Positions 43,537-60,066 of a stretch of 64,000 bases of DNA are shown here, piece by piece. The stretch is taken from assembly GCF_009914755.1 (NCBI RefSeq), contig NC_060936.1; one strand, 5' to 3'. Position 1 is the stretch's first letter, and the number at the start of each line of letters is the position of its first letter. Below the pieces are notes generated by a model. The model did no database searches. It was not told the origin of the DNA and worked only from the letters and a program-made list of their open reading frames with translations. Source of the stretch: the human T2T-CHM13v2.0 reference genome, Homo sapiens. The translations under genes were made by a program, and so were the position numbers.

Positions 43537-45599
43537 ATCTAAGGAATTAAGCTATACCTTTTCTTCGTACGTGCAATGATTGGTAAGCTGTAAAAACAGA
43601 CTTGGATAGCACTGAGTAAAGGCTCTTGTAAAACATTCAATAAATATTTGTTGGAGTAAATTACCATAATTCTGGTATATATTTAATGAGAAATCACCAT
43701 GGGCCAAATGTAATGCTAACCATTTTATATCCATGAGCTCGGTTAATTCTCCTAACTTCTTATTTGGGCACTCTACACACAAAGACACTGAGTCACAGAG
43801 GTGGGAACATACCGATGACCACACAGCTAATTTGTTGCAGATTTGATACAGCAACTCATCTCTATCTCCCTTCAAAATCTTTCCTCTTTCAACCGTATCA
43901 GACTTTCTTATATTAAAACAGCATCAGATCATTACTATTTTGGCAGTATCAGTGTGAACAAAAACTTGCAGGTGTTATGAGAATTTCTTTATATTTTGAA
44001 TAAAGGAATCTAGGTTTTATACAGTGGCTACCATTAAACAAGTGAGGGCTGCAAATATACAATACAACAATTTTGAAACCAATAAATTCATTAGTCCACA
44101 GTGAAATATCATTTTAATCTTCCTTATGATTATAATATATGAAGACTTAGTGGAATGAATCCAATATAATTGCTAGTCTTTTTTTTTTTTTTGTCTACAA
44201 AACACAATAGATTCTGATTAGCTGGTTTTCAAAAGTGAGCTGAAGAGGACATGATCTGGTTGTAGAGTCAGGTCAAATCCTGGAGATATTAATTCTATTT
44301 CCATTAGCTGTGTCACCTTATGAACTTCCTTAGCCTCTCATTTCCTAAGGCGCAAAATATATCCATGCCTATCTTACTTTTCAAGGACAATTTTTAAAGT
44401 ATTTGTAAAAATCTGAAGCAAGTTTTCATGGAAAGCCAAAGTATTTTACCAGATACCCTGAGAGAGTTCTTAAAGGGAAAACAGAAAATAGTTGTATGTG
44501 CTTTAATGAGGGGCTTATACGTGGGGCTTATAGACTCCTGAATTCTTTGGGTCCCAGAATGTATGACAAACTTCAGCTACAGCATTTGTAAGACATTTCA
44601 TTGGTAAAATGGGTTTAGTTCCTAGTGTAAGCCAAATAATTCATAGAAACTCATAGGGGTTTTATATATCTCAGCATTATTAATTTCCTAACCTTGAATA
44701 AATTGCACAGATTCAGTAGCATTTTGCATGTTTAGAACTTATTCCAAGCTACTGAAAATTGAAAAAGATTAACTTAAAAAAGCAATAAAATTATAGTGAG
44801 TTGGTTCAGAAAGTTCATTTATTCATTTGTTCAGCTAACATTTAGGAGCAATTCTAGTCAATGTATTAGGCATCTGGGCTAAATTATGAAAATAAAAAAT
44901 AATGGTTGTTTTTAATTAATGTTTGAAACAAAATTTTCACTATAGAAGGGCTGTTTTCAGTTTTTTAAGTGAAAAATTTCCATTTTATTTTTCTTTATAT
45001 TTAAATGAAAATAGAATACTTTTTCCGGATGGAAATTTTATCCCTGAGAGAATAACAAGTATAAATGAAGTACAAGCTTCACTTTAATTTATTTACCAAG
45101 TTTACATACACAGGTTATGCAATCATTATCACAATATAAACTTTACATTGCATAGTTCGTCTTGATCTTGAAAACCCTAATTGGTACAGAAAGCTAGGTA
45201 AGGGATGACAAGCCTTTATTGTGAGTTTCTCATTCTGGATCTCTTTTCTACATGACTTCAAGTAACCTACTATCTGTGTACCTTAGTTGTCTATTATGTA
45301 AAAGCCTATATTCAAAGAGGCAATCAAAGAAGATAAAGTATGTGACTTCACAAACCATAACCCATTATTCTTATTATGCTTTTATTCTAATAGCTGCTAT
45401 TATTTCTATTATTACTATTATATATATATACACAAGATGCAATTGGAAAAGTGCCTTTAGAATTTAGTTGCTTAGCCAGCAGCAAGTTTGAAAAAACTTT
45501 GAATTTAAAGCTAGATTTTGGTTGTTCTCTCTTCTACTTTTATAGTAGAGGTTTATTGCCTTTTGTATTTTGATGTTATTTAAAACTTTCTGCTGAGGC

Positions 45600-45980
45600 A
45601 GACACTAGACAGACTCATCTCACACAATCCCCAGTTTCAATCCCCTTCTCCCAGTATTGTCTGACCATATGACCCAGTTCTGTCCAATGACAATTCAATC
45701 GGAAGCAGGTGAGAAGCTGCTGGGAAAGCGTTACTCTCGTGGTGCAAGTGCTGTCTTTTCCCTGTCTTCTACTTCTTGTCTTGTGTGTGGATATTATCAG
45801 CTGTAGTGGCAACCTTCAACTTCAGAGAGAAGGACCAAGGAAGTGTACAGATGTCAGTTCTGATTACATGGAACTTCTAAGTGCATGCAAAACACCTGCC
45901 TATCTCTGAATTTGTTATAACGAAGAAAAGCATTCTTGTTTAAGCCACTACAGCTGGACTTTCTGCTACTTTCAGCCAAA
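45600..45980 (+). mobile_element. Old MLT1-type LTR relic
   Basis: cttgtttaagccact...ttctgctactttcagccaaaa 3' end motif. Confidence 0.55.
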
Positions 45981-46520
45981 AAAGTTCCTGATTGCTATAT
46001 TTCTCAAGTAAATGTTATATAGAACTATGCTATCTTTAGGGTCTCTTTTCTTCTGTTCCTTCCAATTCTGAAACTTATAATTTTGTCCATCAGAAATTAG
46101 TGCAAATTTGTTAATATGAGGGCCTACAAACCAAAAAGATAGCCTAAAATAATAGTTAAAAAAAAAAGAAACTCTTTGAAAAACACTGTTAAAAAAAATG
46201 AAAAGACAAGCCAACTGGCAGAAAATGTTTGCAAAACATATATCTGATAAAGGCTTCATATTCAGAATCTATAAAGAACTGTCAAAAGCCAAAAAGTAAA
46301 CAACACAGTTAAAAATGGGTTAAGTATTTGAACAGGTACATTATCATGGAAGATATATGGGTAGCAAATATGAAAAGATACTCAACATCATTAGTCACTT
46401 GGGAAAATTCAAATTGAAACCATACTTAGATACACCTACACACTTATTAGAATGTGTAGGTTAAAAAAAAAAAACATACTGACGATATCTAGTGTAGGTG
46501 AGAATGTTGGAGAACTAGAA

Positions 46521-46910
<390 letters not shown>

Positions 46911-47115
46911 TAAGATCCACTCATCTTCTTCTAGCTATTTATCCAAGATAAAGAAAAAGTTATATTCATACAAAAACAATATGGAAATACTTATAGCAAC
47001 TTTATTCATAATTGGCACAAACTGGAAACAACCCAAATAGCCTTCAGGTGTGAATGAATAATTAACTGGTGGTATAGCCATACAATGGACTACTTGGCAT
47101 TAAAAAGGAACAACT

Positions 47116-47247
47116 GGCTGGGCACAGTGGCTCACATCTGTAATCTCAGCACCTTGGGAGCCTGAGGCAGGAGGATCACTTGAGCGCAGGTATTCTAGAC
47201 AAGACTTGGCAGCATAGTGAGACCCCATCTCTACAAAATTTATTTAG
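47116..47247 (+). mobile_element. Free left Alu monomer (FLAM-like)
   Basis: Single monomer with 12-bp TSD aaaggaacaact at 47104-47115 and 47248-47259. Confidence 0.88.
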
Positions 47248-49149
47248 AAAGGAACAACTACTCATATATACAGCAGTGTAGATGAATCTGAAATGCATGT
47301 TGCTAAGCAAAAAAAAAAAAAAAAAAAAAAAGCCAGACATTATAATGATTTTATGTGACACTTTGAAAAAGACAAAACAATACGGATAGAAAGCAGATCA
47401 AAGGCTGCCAGAGGCTAAGGGTGGGGACCAACAGATTAGACCAAGTATGATGAAATTTTTGGGAATGTTGGAACTGTTCTATATATTCATAATCATGTAA
47501 TGATTACATGATTGTATGTGATTATTACAGCTCTTAGAACAACACACTAAAAAGTAGAACTATTACTGTCTAAATTATACTTCGAAAGACTGACTTTTTA
47601 AAAAGCAAAAAATATTTTTTAAGACATAGGAAAGCAGAAAATATTTTAAAGAGATGAAAATATTCAGAAACTTAATCATGATTTCAGAAGCTAAAAGTAA
47701 GGGTTTGAAACATAAAGACATATATATCTAAGAATATATTTCATATAATAATAACATGACATTCATCCTCATTCCACAAAGTTTATCAGCATGGAAAACA
47801 GTAGATATATTTAATGGATAAGAACATCTCTTTAAAACATAGGATGCTCCAGAGATTTTGTAGTGCCTCGTTATAGATGGGTTGGCTACTAAAATGTCAA
47901 TAGAATTACAATTAGCATCATATAAACCCCTCTCTATCAATGACTGGAAAAAAAAAAGTAAATGCTTCAACAACAAAGTGACATTAGACCAAGTTATCTC
48001 AAGAGGGAAAAAAGTGAAAAGACATATAATAGGTATTATCAGAGCAAATGAAAGGACACATGGGAAAATGATGAGGTCTAAATCTCAGCACATTATAGTG
48101 TGCATTAAGCCTTGTTAAGTGTATGGCTTTTCTTAAAAAGCAAGTAAGAATGGTTTTTTAATAAGAAAAATTATAAAAATTAAGATTAATATCTATACCT
48201 ATCTACACTTTTTAAATGGATTTCTTGATTTTTCTGATTGGGAAACTCAGATAAGAGTTGAATAAAGAAAAATTATTTGATGTGGTATCTGACTTTAAAA
48301 TATTTTAAAATCTTCATTACATTAAAAATAAAAATTTAGCTCCCCACACTCTTTTACAATTATAGGCCACCTGGGTAGTTGGAAAACATTCATAATATTA
48401 AGCCATAATGTATTTATCATAATATAATAATACTGCAGGCTTCTTGAAAGCAGATTTTAGGCCAAGGGAGGTATCTAAAATGAATTTGGGGATCATTTGA
48501 GGCTCTAAGTTTAATTGCATTCAGTGGAATGGAGTCCATGCCTGCAAAATTAAGTGCCCTGATGTAAATGTACATACTGTACTTGATATGACTAGAATAA
48601 AATAGAAATAGAACTTAAGTCACCAACAATTTGGTCTGCTTGTTTTAGGAAGTTTTGTGAAAATAACTGATTCATCTACTAAGGAAGAGATGTTTTAAAA
48701 ATATCTATTTATTGTCTTTTATCCTTTCATTTTGAAAACCTGGCAGCCACATATAAATTTTATATATTTTAAGCTATAGCTATCCATATAGCTTTCATAT
48801 ATCTTTTCTATATGCTTTTGTAACTGTGGAAAATATTGTTTAAAACTGTAGTGTTAGAATTCCTATAAACTAAAAAATTTAGGTTATGGAATTCACTGCC
48901 TGCGGCCAGCCATTTTTTGCAAAAAAAGAAAAAAGAAAAATTAAATGGCAATGGTACAGACTGTATACAAGTCATGTCTACTACAGTAAGATCATCAAGG
49001 CTCAAATCGACCCAGTGAAAATCCAAGAAGGATAGAATTTCCAGAGTACTATCTTTCTACATTTCTCTGCAGCCATCAACTTCGATGAAAACATGTCACC
49101 CGTCGGACAAGAAAAAATACTGACAGGTATAAAGAAGCAAAGGACAACA

Positions 49150-50400
49150 TCTTTGTTAGGTCGAAATGAGTTATAAAAGAGGGCTCCACCATTAAAGCAG
49201 ATATTTGATAGTATTACTGGTAAAATAAATGTGGCAAATTGGTTTTACCAGTTGACAAACTCTAGGAATAGGTCAAGGTCTTGGAGAGGAAGCATTCCTC
49301 CTAGGTTCAGTGGTAACTGTGCCATGTGAAATACTCTTTATGTCCTCAAACAAGGACGAAAAACAAATGAACTCTCCAGTTTTTAGTCACAAAGGACATA
49401 CAAGACCTTCGTGTAGGCTATTAGCTCCATTACTTTCATTGGTATTTTAAACCATGCTGATGCAGTGTAAAGTGCCTTTGGCTACAAAGTGCTTCCTTTC
49501 AGCACTGAAGAAGAAACTTCAGTTAACACTCATTAATATATCACTATTGTCTTCAAGAAACAAAATCAGCCTACCTCTAGAGCCTACTACTTCAGTCGTA
49601 TCCTGACAAGATGTATCTGACAACCAAGTTATTAATAGGATGGCAATACTTATAACTAAAAACAAAACAAAACAAAACAAAAACTCCACTGAATTTGACG
49701 ATTGAAAACAAATGTGATGCAAACGTGATACTTTGGGATTAAAAACTTCCTGCCCATTGGCACACAATTTAGCCTCTGCACACCTGTTTATTAGTTGCCC
49801 CAATATCCTTATGGAAGGAAGATCTGCCCGTGTGGTTGATCAGCATGCAGGAACTGTACAAGGTCATGGCTTTACTAGTGGTATTGATAGTGTCTCTCAA
49901 AGGTTGGCTCTGTGAGATACACCTTCTTCTCTTTCTGCATCCATGTCACGAGAACTTAGGTGGGGGTACCTGCTTGGAGCCGATACAGCTAGTCTTCTCA
50001 TTTTATATTCCACCTTCTAGGCCAAGCCAGATATCTTAGATTCAGAGTGGAGTAAAACAGATAGTTTACTTAGGCATCTGGGCCCAGTCTTCATTTTCCA
50101 ATCTATATTTTATCAGAAAAAGCTTCACTAGAGAAGATCTTGGTGCTTTCCATGCTGATAGCAAAGTGGTACTTTGTTTCCCATTTGGTTATGGCCCTTG
50201 TATCTGGCTTCCTTTGGTAGTAATCCCTGAGAAGGAAGGACAGAATGTGGAAGAGGATTTGAGCACTACTGGGCGCCTGGATAGAATACCATCTTAATAG
50301 CACTGAAACCTCATGTCTACTTCTTACAGCCCACAAGCATATTTCTGAGCTCAACTACATGACTCAGACATTTTGCTTCAATGTGATACATGCCATTTAT
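49150..50400 (+). mobile_element. Putative ancient non-L1 LINE ORF2 (RT) fossil, CR1/L2/Jockey-like
   Basis: Ordered degenerate RT motifs across frameshifts: APPLKQIFDSITGK, KLPAH, ILMEGRSARVVD, SVSQ/GSVRYTFFSFCIH, FHADSKV, VEEDLS/AWIEYHLNSTETSCLLLT. Confidence 0.45.
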
Positions 50401-51869
50401 GATTTGCTTTAAAGGACATTAACTAGACTGCAGATATAGAAAAGTCAAATTGAAATTATTCATAATTTATGACCAATCTCATGTCTTAAAGCCAATTTCT
50501 GTGAAAATGGTTTTACCAGATTGAAGAAAAATGTAGTCTCAAGTTGCAAGTCATCTCCAATGCTCAGATTAGATGAAGATGAGAAGGATTTTGGACACAG
50601 TGATGGCCTTAAATATCTAACCATCTGCCTAGCCAAGTTACAAAGAAACTGGGCCTTTTTCTGAAATGATGTTTATAGATTAAGTTTAATGAGAAGGACA
50701 CATGAGAAACGTCTCCAGCACTCTACCTCTTAAATGATGAGTAAAGGATGGGGAGACCCTCTAGGATGGTATTCTAGAAACACTTAACAGAGACGATTAA
50801 ATGTCTCCTTGTGCCTGACAGTAAATGGCACATCCTTTTATTTGATTCTGGCTTTGTGGGAGCTCAGTAGGGAGGCATCAGGACTATAGGTACATAATAT
50901 AGCACAGTCTTCAAAAGTGTCTACCAATTTTCAAATGTCCAGAAGCTATTTATATCACTTGTTTTAGGTGAATTAAAATGACCATGCCACACACTTAATT
51001 TTCCAAAGTAAATAGAATATACTTTGCTCAAATTTATAGTTTCAAAACTAATTATTCTATTACATAAAAGCAGAATAATTAGTTGGGAAACTATAAAACT
51101 GAAGAATGACTATAATTTTAAAGCTATGCTATTAATCTTAATTTCCCTACCTATTTTTATAATTGGTTTATATTTCCTAGTGGCTCTTAACATATATAAC
51201 TTTAATAAAGTAGTTCACATCAAATAACTTGTACAAATCATTTAATAACTTCAAGGAAAAAGTGAGATCACAAATAACAGGGTGTTTCTACTCTACATGG
51301 CAGGTGGCCAAGCCACCAAGAAGAAATTTCTTTTTTTTTTTTTTTTTAAGTTGTTCAAAAAAGAATTCCCTTAAGGCAGCTGTTCCCTGTCTTGTCCTTG
51401 TTACACAGTCAGAATCCTCTGTGACAGGAAATGCCTGAGCAAAATTTTGGGAAGATGTCATTTTCAATTAGCATAGTACCATTCAAAGTGACTGAATTAT
51501 CTTTATTTGCTTATTTTGGGTAAAATTCAAACAAGGTTTGGGGCTTCAAATATGCCTTAATTTTCACTGTTTGGATTACGCTGATGTGAAATTTTATGAA
51601 GGATTGTGAAGTGCTTAGATATTGGCTCAGCAGACTTGAAATTTACTAGTGTACTTAAAAGTTTGCAAGGGTTGTAAAATAAGGTTTACTTTTTAAAATA
51701 GGTCTTTATCAGGTGAATATATTATCCAGGAACAATTAGGGATACATTGTCATTGTCACAGGAGTCATATCAGCTAATCAAATGAATGCTGAGGAAAAAA
51801 TTTAACTCAGTGAATAAGAGCCAACCTGATTATTCAGTTGATTGAATTAAAATTATTATAGCTAATAAT

Positions 51870-51985
51870 AAGGTTGCCAGATGTAGCAATAAAAATATTG
51901 GATGCCCAATTAAATTAGAATTTCAGATAAACAATGAATAAATTTCTAGCTTAAGTGTGTTCCATATAATATTTGACACACCGTT
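51870..51985. mobile_element. MER53-like hAT MITE (partial)
   Basis: aggttgccagatgtagcaataaaaata...gaatttcagataaacaatgaata. Confidence 0.75.
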
Positions 51986-53065
51986 AATACTGCATCATAA
52001 ATGAATTAAGGTTAAAAACAAGACTTATAGTTTGGGAGGTGAGAGATGTTAACAACAGTGAGTATAATTAGGGAGCAAACAATGTAATTTGATGATTGTA
52101 GGCTCAGGTTACAAAAGATAGGAAGAGGTCCAGTTTGATGTCATGGTAAAAGATGTGGGTGGGTTAATAAGTTTGATTTCAGACAATGTTGTTTGAGTCA
52201 TTTTGTGATCTCTAGGAGGAGATGTTCAGTAGACAGCTGCATATGCAGGTCTAAAGCTCAGAGGGAAAATGTACGCTATAAAATATAATTTGTGAGTTAT
52301 TTCTTTGTCAGAAGAAGCTTTGTGTATACTTTACCCTCTAGGAGAGATTGAGAATGAGAAAATGAGAGAATTTTGAGGGGCTCCAACATCTATTTATGTC
52401 ATTTATAAGCCCAGCCTTAATCATATTGAACCTATTGAGCCAAGACATCTTTTTAAAAAAATTAAATAACTCACATATACTCCTTTTTAAATGGATTATA
52501 TTTAGGGGAAAACAAATACAATAAAACCCCAAATTTTTAACAAATGATTTTAAAGTAAAAGTAATTCCTATACACTATAGAAAATATGTACAATATAGAT
52601 ACATATAAGCAAGAAATTAAAATGATTTATAATTCCATGCCAAAGGACAACCACTATTAACAATCTATCATACTTACTTTTAATGTTTATTAGTTTTTTA
52701 AATCAAGCCAATCATTACATACTTTTTATAATCTAATATTTTGTTTTCTTTATTTTTTACACTATTTGGAAATTATGACATGTGAGTACATATTAATGCT
52801 TATTCTACTTAAAGCTTCATATTACTCCAATTTGGATGCATCATAATTCATTTAATCAATCCTCTGATGAGGTGCTTTTTTTTCTTACAATCTGTACAGC
52901 AAGAAATAACCTTGAATATCTGTGTTTTGTAAGTGTGAGAACATCTCTTTATGATAAATTCATTGAAGTAGATTACTGAGTCAAAAGTATATGCATTTCC
53001 AGTGTTGATAGATATTGGTATATTACCCCTTTGGTAGAGTTTTGGCACCCCAGTGTGTGCCAATA

Positions 53066-54393
<1,328 letters not shown>

Positions 54394-55164
54394 CTGCAGT
54401 GAGAAGCAGATACACCCTGAGATGCCACTGCCTTTACTGTCCTGACTGTCTCCTTGTCTTAATTAGTCAACACTGATGTCCCAGGGAGCCACTGATCCTT
54501 GGTTGCAAAGCGAGGTGCCCAGAGGAGCTCTGCTCATAACCTGCAGACAATCTCACATTTCCTGGGCAACTAGCTGCCCTTGGCAGCCCAGAGGATATAA
54601 AACCAATCTAAGCAATTATCTTGGTCAGAAAACAGACATGACTTAAAGATGACTAGTTCCTGGAGCAGGCAGCTCTGTGAGGCAGGTTTTTGAGAGTTGT
54701 CTCTGAAGCCAGTCTTGCACCAGATTGTATGTAACCTGATTTTTCACTTAAAATATTGTGAACACTTTCCCCACTAATTAAATATTCTTTTAGATTATTT
54801 TAAAGGAGCCATCATCAATGTGATGGTATTAGAATCATTTGAAGACTTTTAAGATAATAGTTGTGTGACCCTCAAAATAGATCTCTAAATAGAGAAATAG
54901 ATGACTTGGTTATTTTCCAAAGAACTTACCAGATAGTTGAGGTTATAACTGTCTCAACTATCACCAAGTCCTTCAGCTTATACTAACCGAACAGAGAGTG
55001 AGTCACAATTTGGTAATCTGTAAAGCCTGCAAAAAGAGTTTCATCATATTTCACAATTTCCAGGAATCCTTTAAAATTATGGATCTTAACCTTTTATGTG
55101 ATACAACTGTATACCTAGGTCTGACCTCTTTTCTTCAATTGATTATATTGAAAATAAGGACTAT

Positions 55165-55690
55165 CACTGATTCTTTTTATTTGCAGGAATGTTGTATAAA
55201 GTCCCTGCAAAGACTAAATTAGCAAATTCTGAACCACTGTTTCTAGAGAAAATACATGGTTAGGTTTCTCTGAATCTCTGGTTACATTTTCACCAACAAT
55301 CAATTCATAACAGTTTTATGAATGTTTTTTGTTTAAAGACATCTTATTTAATACATATTGTTGATTTGCTAACATTGAACTCAAGGCCAACAGCGCTATA
55401 ATGCATGTCTGAACGAAGCTTATCTAACACGTATTTTCTCTCTAAGGCACATCATCAACTTCGTGTACTGACAAACAGTAGATAGCACTTCAGCACTATG
55501 ATGAGGGGCCATTTGAAACAGCAAAATCACCAAGAAAAGGCACAACAATGTGATGAATAAGGCACTAAATAGATGGCAAAAAGCCCACTTCATTACAAGT
55601 TGTTGTAACAGGAAGGCAGAGCATTGCCTTGTTCATCCTCAGCTGGGAACTTGAGTGCATACATTAGATGACTCAAGTTTTTCTACAGAA
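55165..55690. mobile_element. MER82-like Tigger element
   Basis: aacattgaactcaaggccaacagc...ctgaacgaagcttatctaacacg...gcacttcagcactatg. Confidence 0.75.
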
Positions 55691-58600
55691 AAAGAAGGTA
55701 CAGAATTAAAGATTCCAGATTGGGCTTACCTTTACTAACACCATCCTGACTCACTGTTACCAAAATGCCAGACTATACTCTTCACAGAGAGGAGTTTTCC
55801 ATTACATCTTTTCTCATGTGTTCTGTTACATTCAAGTTATGGTAAATGCACCACGCTTGGCTCTGTATAATTAATTTCACAAGATGGATGTCAAGACTAT
55901 AAAACAATCACTAGGTTCTGATTTGTAGCCTAAGATGGGCTTTAGCTCTCCTGCATGTGCAGCTTTGATAGAAAGAAAGAGGAAGGAAAGGAAGAAGATA
56001 TTAAGGATGCTGACTTAAGGCTGATTTCTATTAGAGTTCTATTTCAAGTTCATTATTTCAACGACTGAATAGACTCTCACAAATAATGATTTAGTTCTCT
56101 GCTTTCTTGTAGATTAAACTAGATAATTGATATAGAGGCAGTAAATATGCATAATTAAACATACTTTGTTTATAGAGGTAGAGTCTAAATCAAGTTCTAA
56201 GGTTTGATCTACAAAAAGACAGTCAATGTGTCGGCTTAAAGAAGGGAGAAAGAGAGCACATAATCACCTATCCAAAGGTGCACATAAACTTAGCCAAGCC
56301 GCAATTAACCATAGATTTTATTTGGCTTGAATTATCCAGATTTCCCAGGCCCTTTGACCTTCTATTCTGATGAGTGTTTAATTATATGTCCTAATGACCA
56401 TAATGGCACTGTCACCCAAGGAAGAGAGAAAGAAGACTCATAATGACCTCATTGGTAGTAACATGTGAAAACATATCTTGATGTAGTCTATATGATGTGG
56501 CATTTTGACATAGTCCTCTTAACATAGAAAAATTACTTTAAAGCATTTTTTTAAGGATCAAGTTATAGACACAACAGACATCTCTGGTCCTCACCCTATC
56601 CTATACCCCATCTGGTGGTATGGGTTATGATGCTTAACCATAGGGTAAGGACATTTCTTTTGCATATAAGCTGGAAACTCTTTTTTAACAGCTAACTAAT
56701 GAATGATGAAAGGCTTGTTTGTTTGTTTTTTTTTAACAACATTAAAATGTTCCTTTGAAGAAAAGGCAGCACCAAATATTTACTCAACCCTCAAAATGTA
56801 TCTGGAATTTTGTTTTTGCAGAAACCTCACTGAATTGAGTGAAATTTCATGTAATTTTTAAAATAAAAAGATTTGTTAAAACATGACTTATACAGATATT
56901 TTTTCATTATTTATATCTATAGAAGTCTCAAAAGACAAAGTTACACTCATAAGTTTAAGGGCGTAATACTTGCAGCAACTGTTATTATTTCTGTGTTGAA
57001 ATCAGCTGACCCAGACATAAGGCTTAAGATGACATGGCAAATCAACTCCAAGACTCAATACGCAAGGCTTGACCCCACTGCTCTAACCATCTCCACTTCA
57101 CTTGGGATCTGCATAAGATTTTGTTAAAGTTGTTTCCATATCAAGATGAGAAAAAAAAAGAAATGAATCACTTTATTGCTGAAAAAAAAAACAGCAAAAA
57201 TGATGTGGAGAAAATAATGGCTGTTTACATTTGCCATTTTAGGATGAAAGCATTTGAATTTTTTGTTTTGAAAAATGATTTTTTTTATTTGCCAGGAAGT
57301 AGACATGTGTTTTCATTAGGAACATTGTTGGAAAATCCCTGCAAAGAGGAACATCTGCATCATTATCACTACTGTCAGAAAAATTCCCTGGCATGCAAAG
57401 CACTGAATGCGGCTTGTCTCAAGTAGCAGAGATGCTAACTCATTAAAAAGCCCAGACCTGAAAATGAACTAAACTTCATTTAACTTTTGGAAGTGATATG
57501 CCAGGTTCAATTATAGTATGGAAAAAGGCATCAAAACGCAACATTTTTTAATGTGAATAATATTTCATAAGACATTTTCTCTCTAAAAGAGAAAGTAGGT
57601 CAGTTTTATCAAAGTGAAAGAAGATGTGAATTTGAATACATTATTAACCTGTCTTTGGGGATGGCAAAAATCTGCCTTTGTACTTCCATCACCTTCAAAT
57701 TAAATCCTATAAAAATCTAAGTTAGTTTGTAAAGGGGGAAAGGGAAGCTCAGAAAGTTTTAATTAGGTTGAAGTGCTTCATTAGTACTTACCCTCAATCT
57801 GGTAAATGCTATCAATTCATGTAAATGCAAAGAATCTCTCAGACACTGATTATTCCTCTCACATTGCTCATTCATTTTTATTGGAGATAATTGTCAGCAT
57901 AGCTCAGCATTAAAGAAAAACAACCTTCTGATTCCATGCCTGTTTCAAAGTTTATGGTGTCTTCTTTATGTTCTTACTGCCTATCTAAATGCATATTTTA
58001 AAAAGTCTTTCACTTAAATGATAAGATTGTGTAGTCATATTTCTCCTCTGTTAAGCAAGTTATCTCTGTGTATTACAAAATTAAAGAAATTCTACACTGA
58101 TATGACCTATGAAATGCAAAGCACATTCATCTGTCATTTTAAAAAAAAGGTTTGTTTTTTAAACTGAGTGGCCTATCCTGCTGTTGGATAAGAATAAGGA
58201 TGCCTGCTTATATAATATCTACCCAGTTTTTATCATCTTACTTAAAGATGAAGTAGGAAATCAAGGCCTACATCTAACAACTGAGCAATGGAGAAGAGGG
58301 ATGAGATTAACAATAGCTGTGAGAAATCAAGGAGGTCTTCCTTGAAACTGGTAGTTTAGCAGCTGTCATATTAGACAACAATGTAGTGTGATCACAAACA
58401 TGGTCAGGAGTTACAGTGCTGAAATGTCCACTTTGGGGCTGAAAGGTGACACAGATTCTCTGCAAGATGATGGATCCAGTGCATAGTGTTTTATGTGAGA
58501 AAGGACAGGCAGCTTCCCTCTGTATCTCAGATGAGGGAAAGGATTTAAGACATTGCTATGTGATCTGGAGAGGTAGATGATGATAAGTTCCCTTCCTCAA

Positions 58601-59355
58601 AATAAGTGGACATACAGCCTTTCAGAGGATAGAGAATGTTTCTTCTGTAAATTGGGTGAGTCAAAGAATTGTTACCAGGATTCACAATAAGCTGTCAGGT
58701 TTGTGGCCTATGTCTCCCATGTGGAGTTTAAATCACTATGGGCCATTTCTTAGTTAGTTTCCTAAATTATAATTCGTGGGTCAGACAAGAGGTAAGGTAT
58801 TAAAGGGCCTTAATCAAGGATTCAGCAGTGGTGTTTTAAAAAGGGTGTGCATGTGTTGTGTGCAGGTGGGGGGATTTGTAACAAGTGACAAAGATAACTA
58901 ATCTTCCTCTCTTGAAATTAGATATAATAGAATCTAATATTTGTTTCTGTTATGTAGACATATTCTTCAAAGACTAAATTTAATAAAGATGAAAGGAGTC
59001 TCTCACTTTTAATTATTTTACATAAAAGATACTACAGGATATTTAATGGATACAAAGCTTTATCAAAGGAAATAAGCAGTGAGACTACTCTATCAAAAGT
59101 AGTAGGTACTTGATTACATTTGAATATGGTTCAAACTGATCTCTAAGTAATTGACTTGGAGTTCCTTTTGAAAACTATGAAAGCATTTTGTTGACTCTAT
59201 TATACTCTTCTTAATTTTTTTTTCTGTCTTATTATCCAGTGAACCTACTGGCACAAATAATGTTTTCAGTCTGGATTTTCTTTTTTAGTTTTTGTTGTTT
59301 CAGTTATGAAAAACTCAGATAGAAATGAAAGATATAATTCAAAATTGCTCAAACC

Positions 59356-59532
59356 ATATGGTTTCCAAATGTTGCTGCATAATGGAATCACCTGGGGATT
59401 CTTAAAACATAGTGATGTCTGGCTCCCACCCCAACATTCTGATCAAATTGCAATGGGCTGAGAGCTGGGCATTGAGACTTTCAAAAGCACTCTATGTGAT
59501 TCCCATGTGCAGCACAGTTTGGGAACCACTGG
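59356..59532. mobile_element. MER5-type hAT-Charlie element
   Basis: gaatcacctgggga...gtgattcccatgtgcagc...tttgggaaccactgg. Confidence 0.75.
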
Positions 59533-59780
59533 CTCAAACACTGAGAAAAACTAATAACATGAAAGTTCAAGGTAAAGAAAATCTAAGGAATTAGTTCAGA
59601 GACCATTTTTTCATGAAGAACACCAGGTTTTTACACCTCTGGAATTCTTAGAATGCCAGCTGTGTCTTTGGAGGCTTGTTCTCCTCACCATCCTCCAAAG
59701 GCTGCCGTAGTTCCAAAAATCACATGCAGACAAGACAACACCCAGTGGAAAAGAGGGCATTACTGGTTCCCATGTCTCTC

Positions 59781-60066
59781 TTTTTTTTATTTTTATTTTA
59801 GAGACAGAATCTTGTTTTGTCACCCAGGCAGTGATGCTGTCATAGCTCACTGCAGCTTCCAAATCCTGGCTCAAGGCATCCTCTTGCCTCGCCCCCCAAG
59901 TAGCTGGGGTTACAGGTATGTACCACTGTGCCCAGCTAAGTTTCACATTTTTTGTAGAGACAGGGTCTTGCCATGTTGACCAGTCTTGAGCTCCTGGCCT
60001 CAAGCGATCCTGCCACCTCAGCCTCCCAAACTGTTGGGATTATAGATGGGAGCCACCATGCCTAGT
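59781..60066 (-). mobile_element. AluJ
   Basis: catagctcactgcagc; TSD cccatgtctct at 59769-59779 and 60067-60077. Confidence 0.9.
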
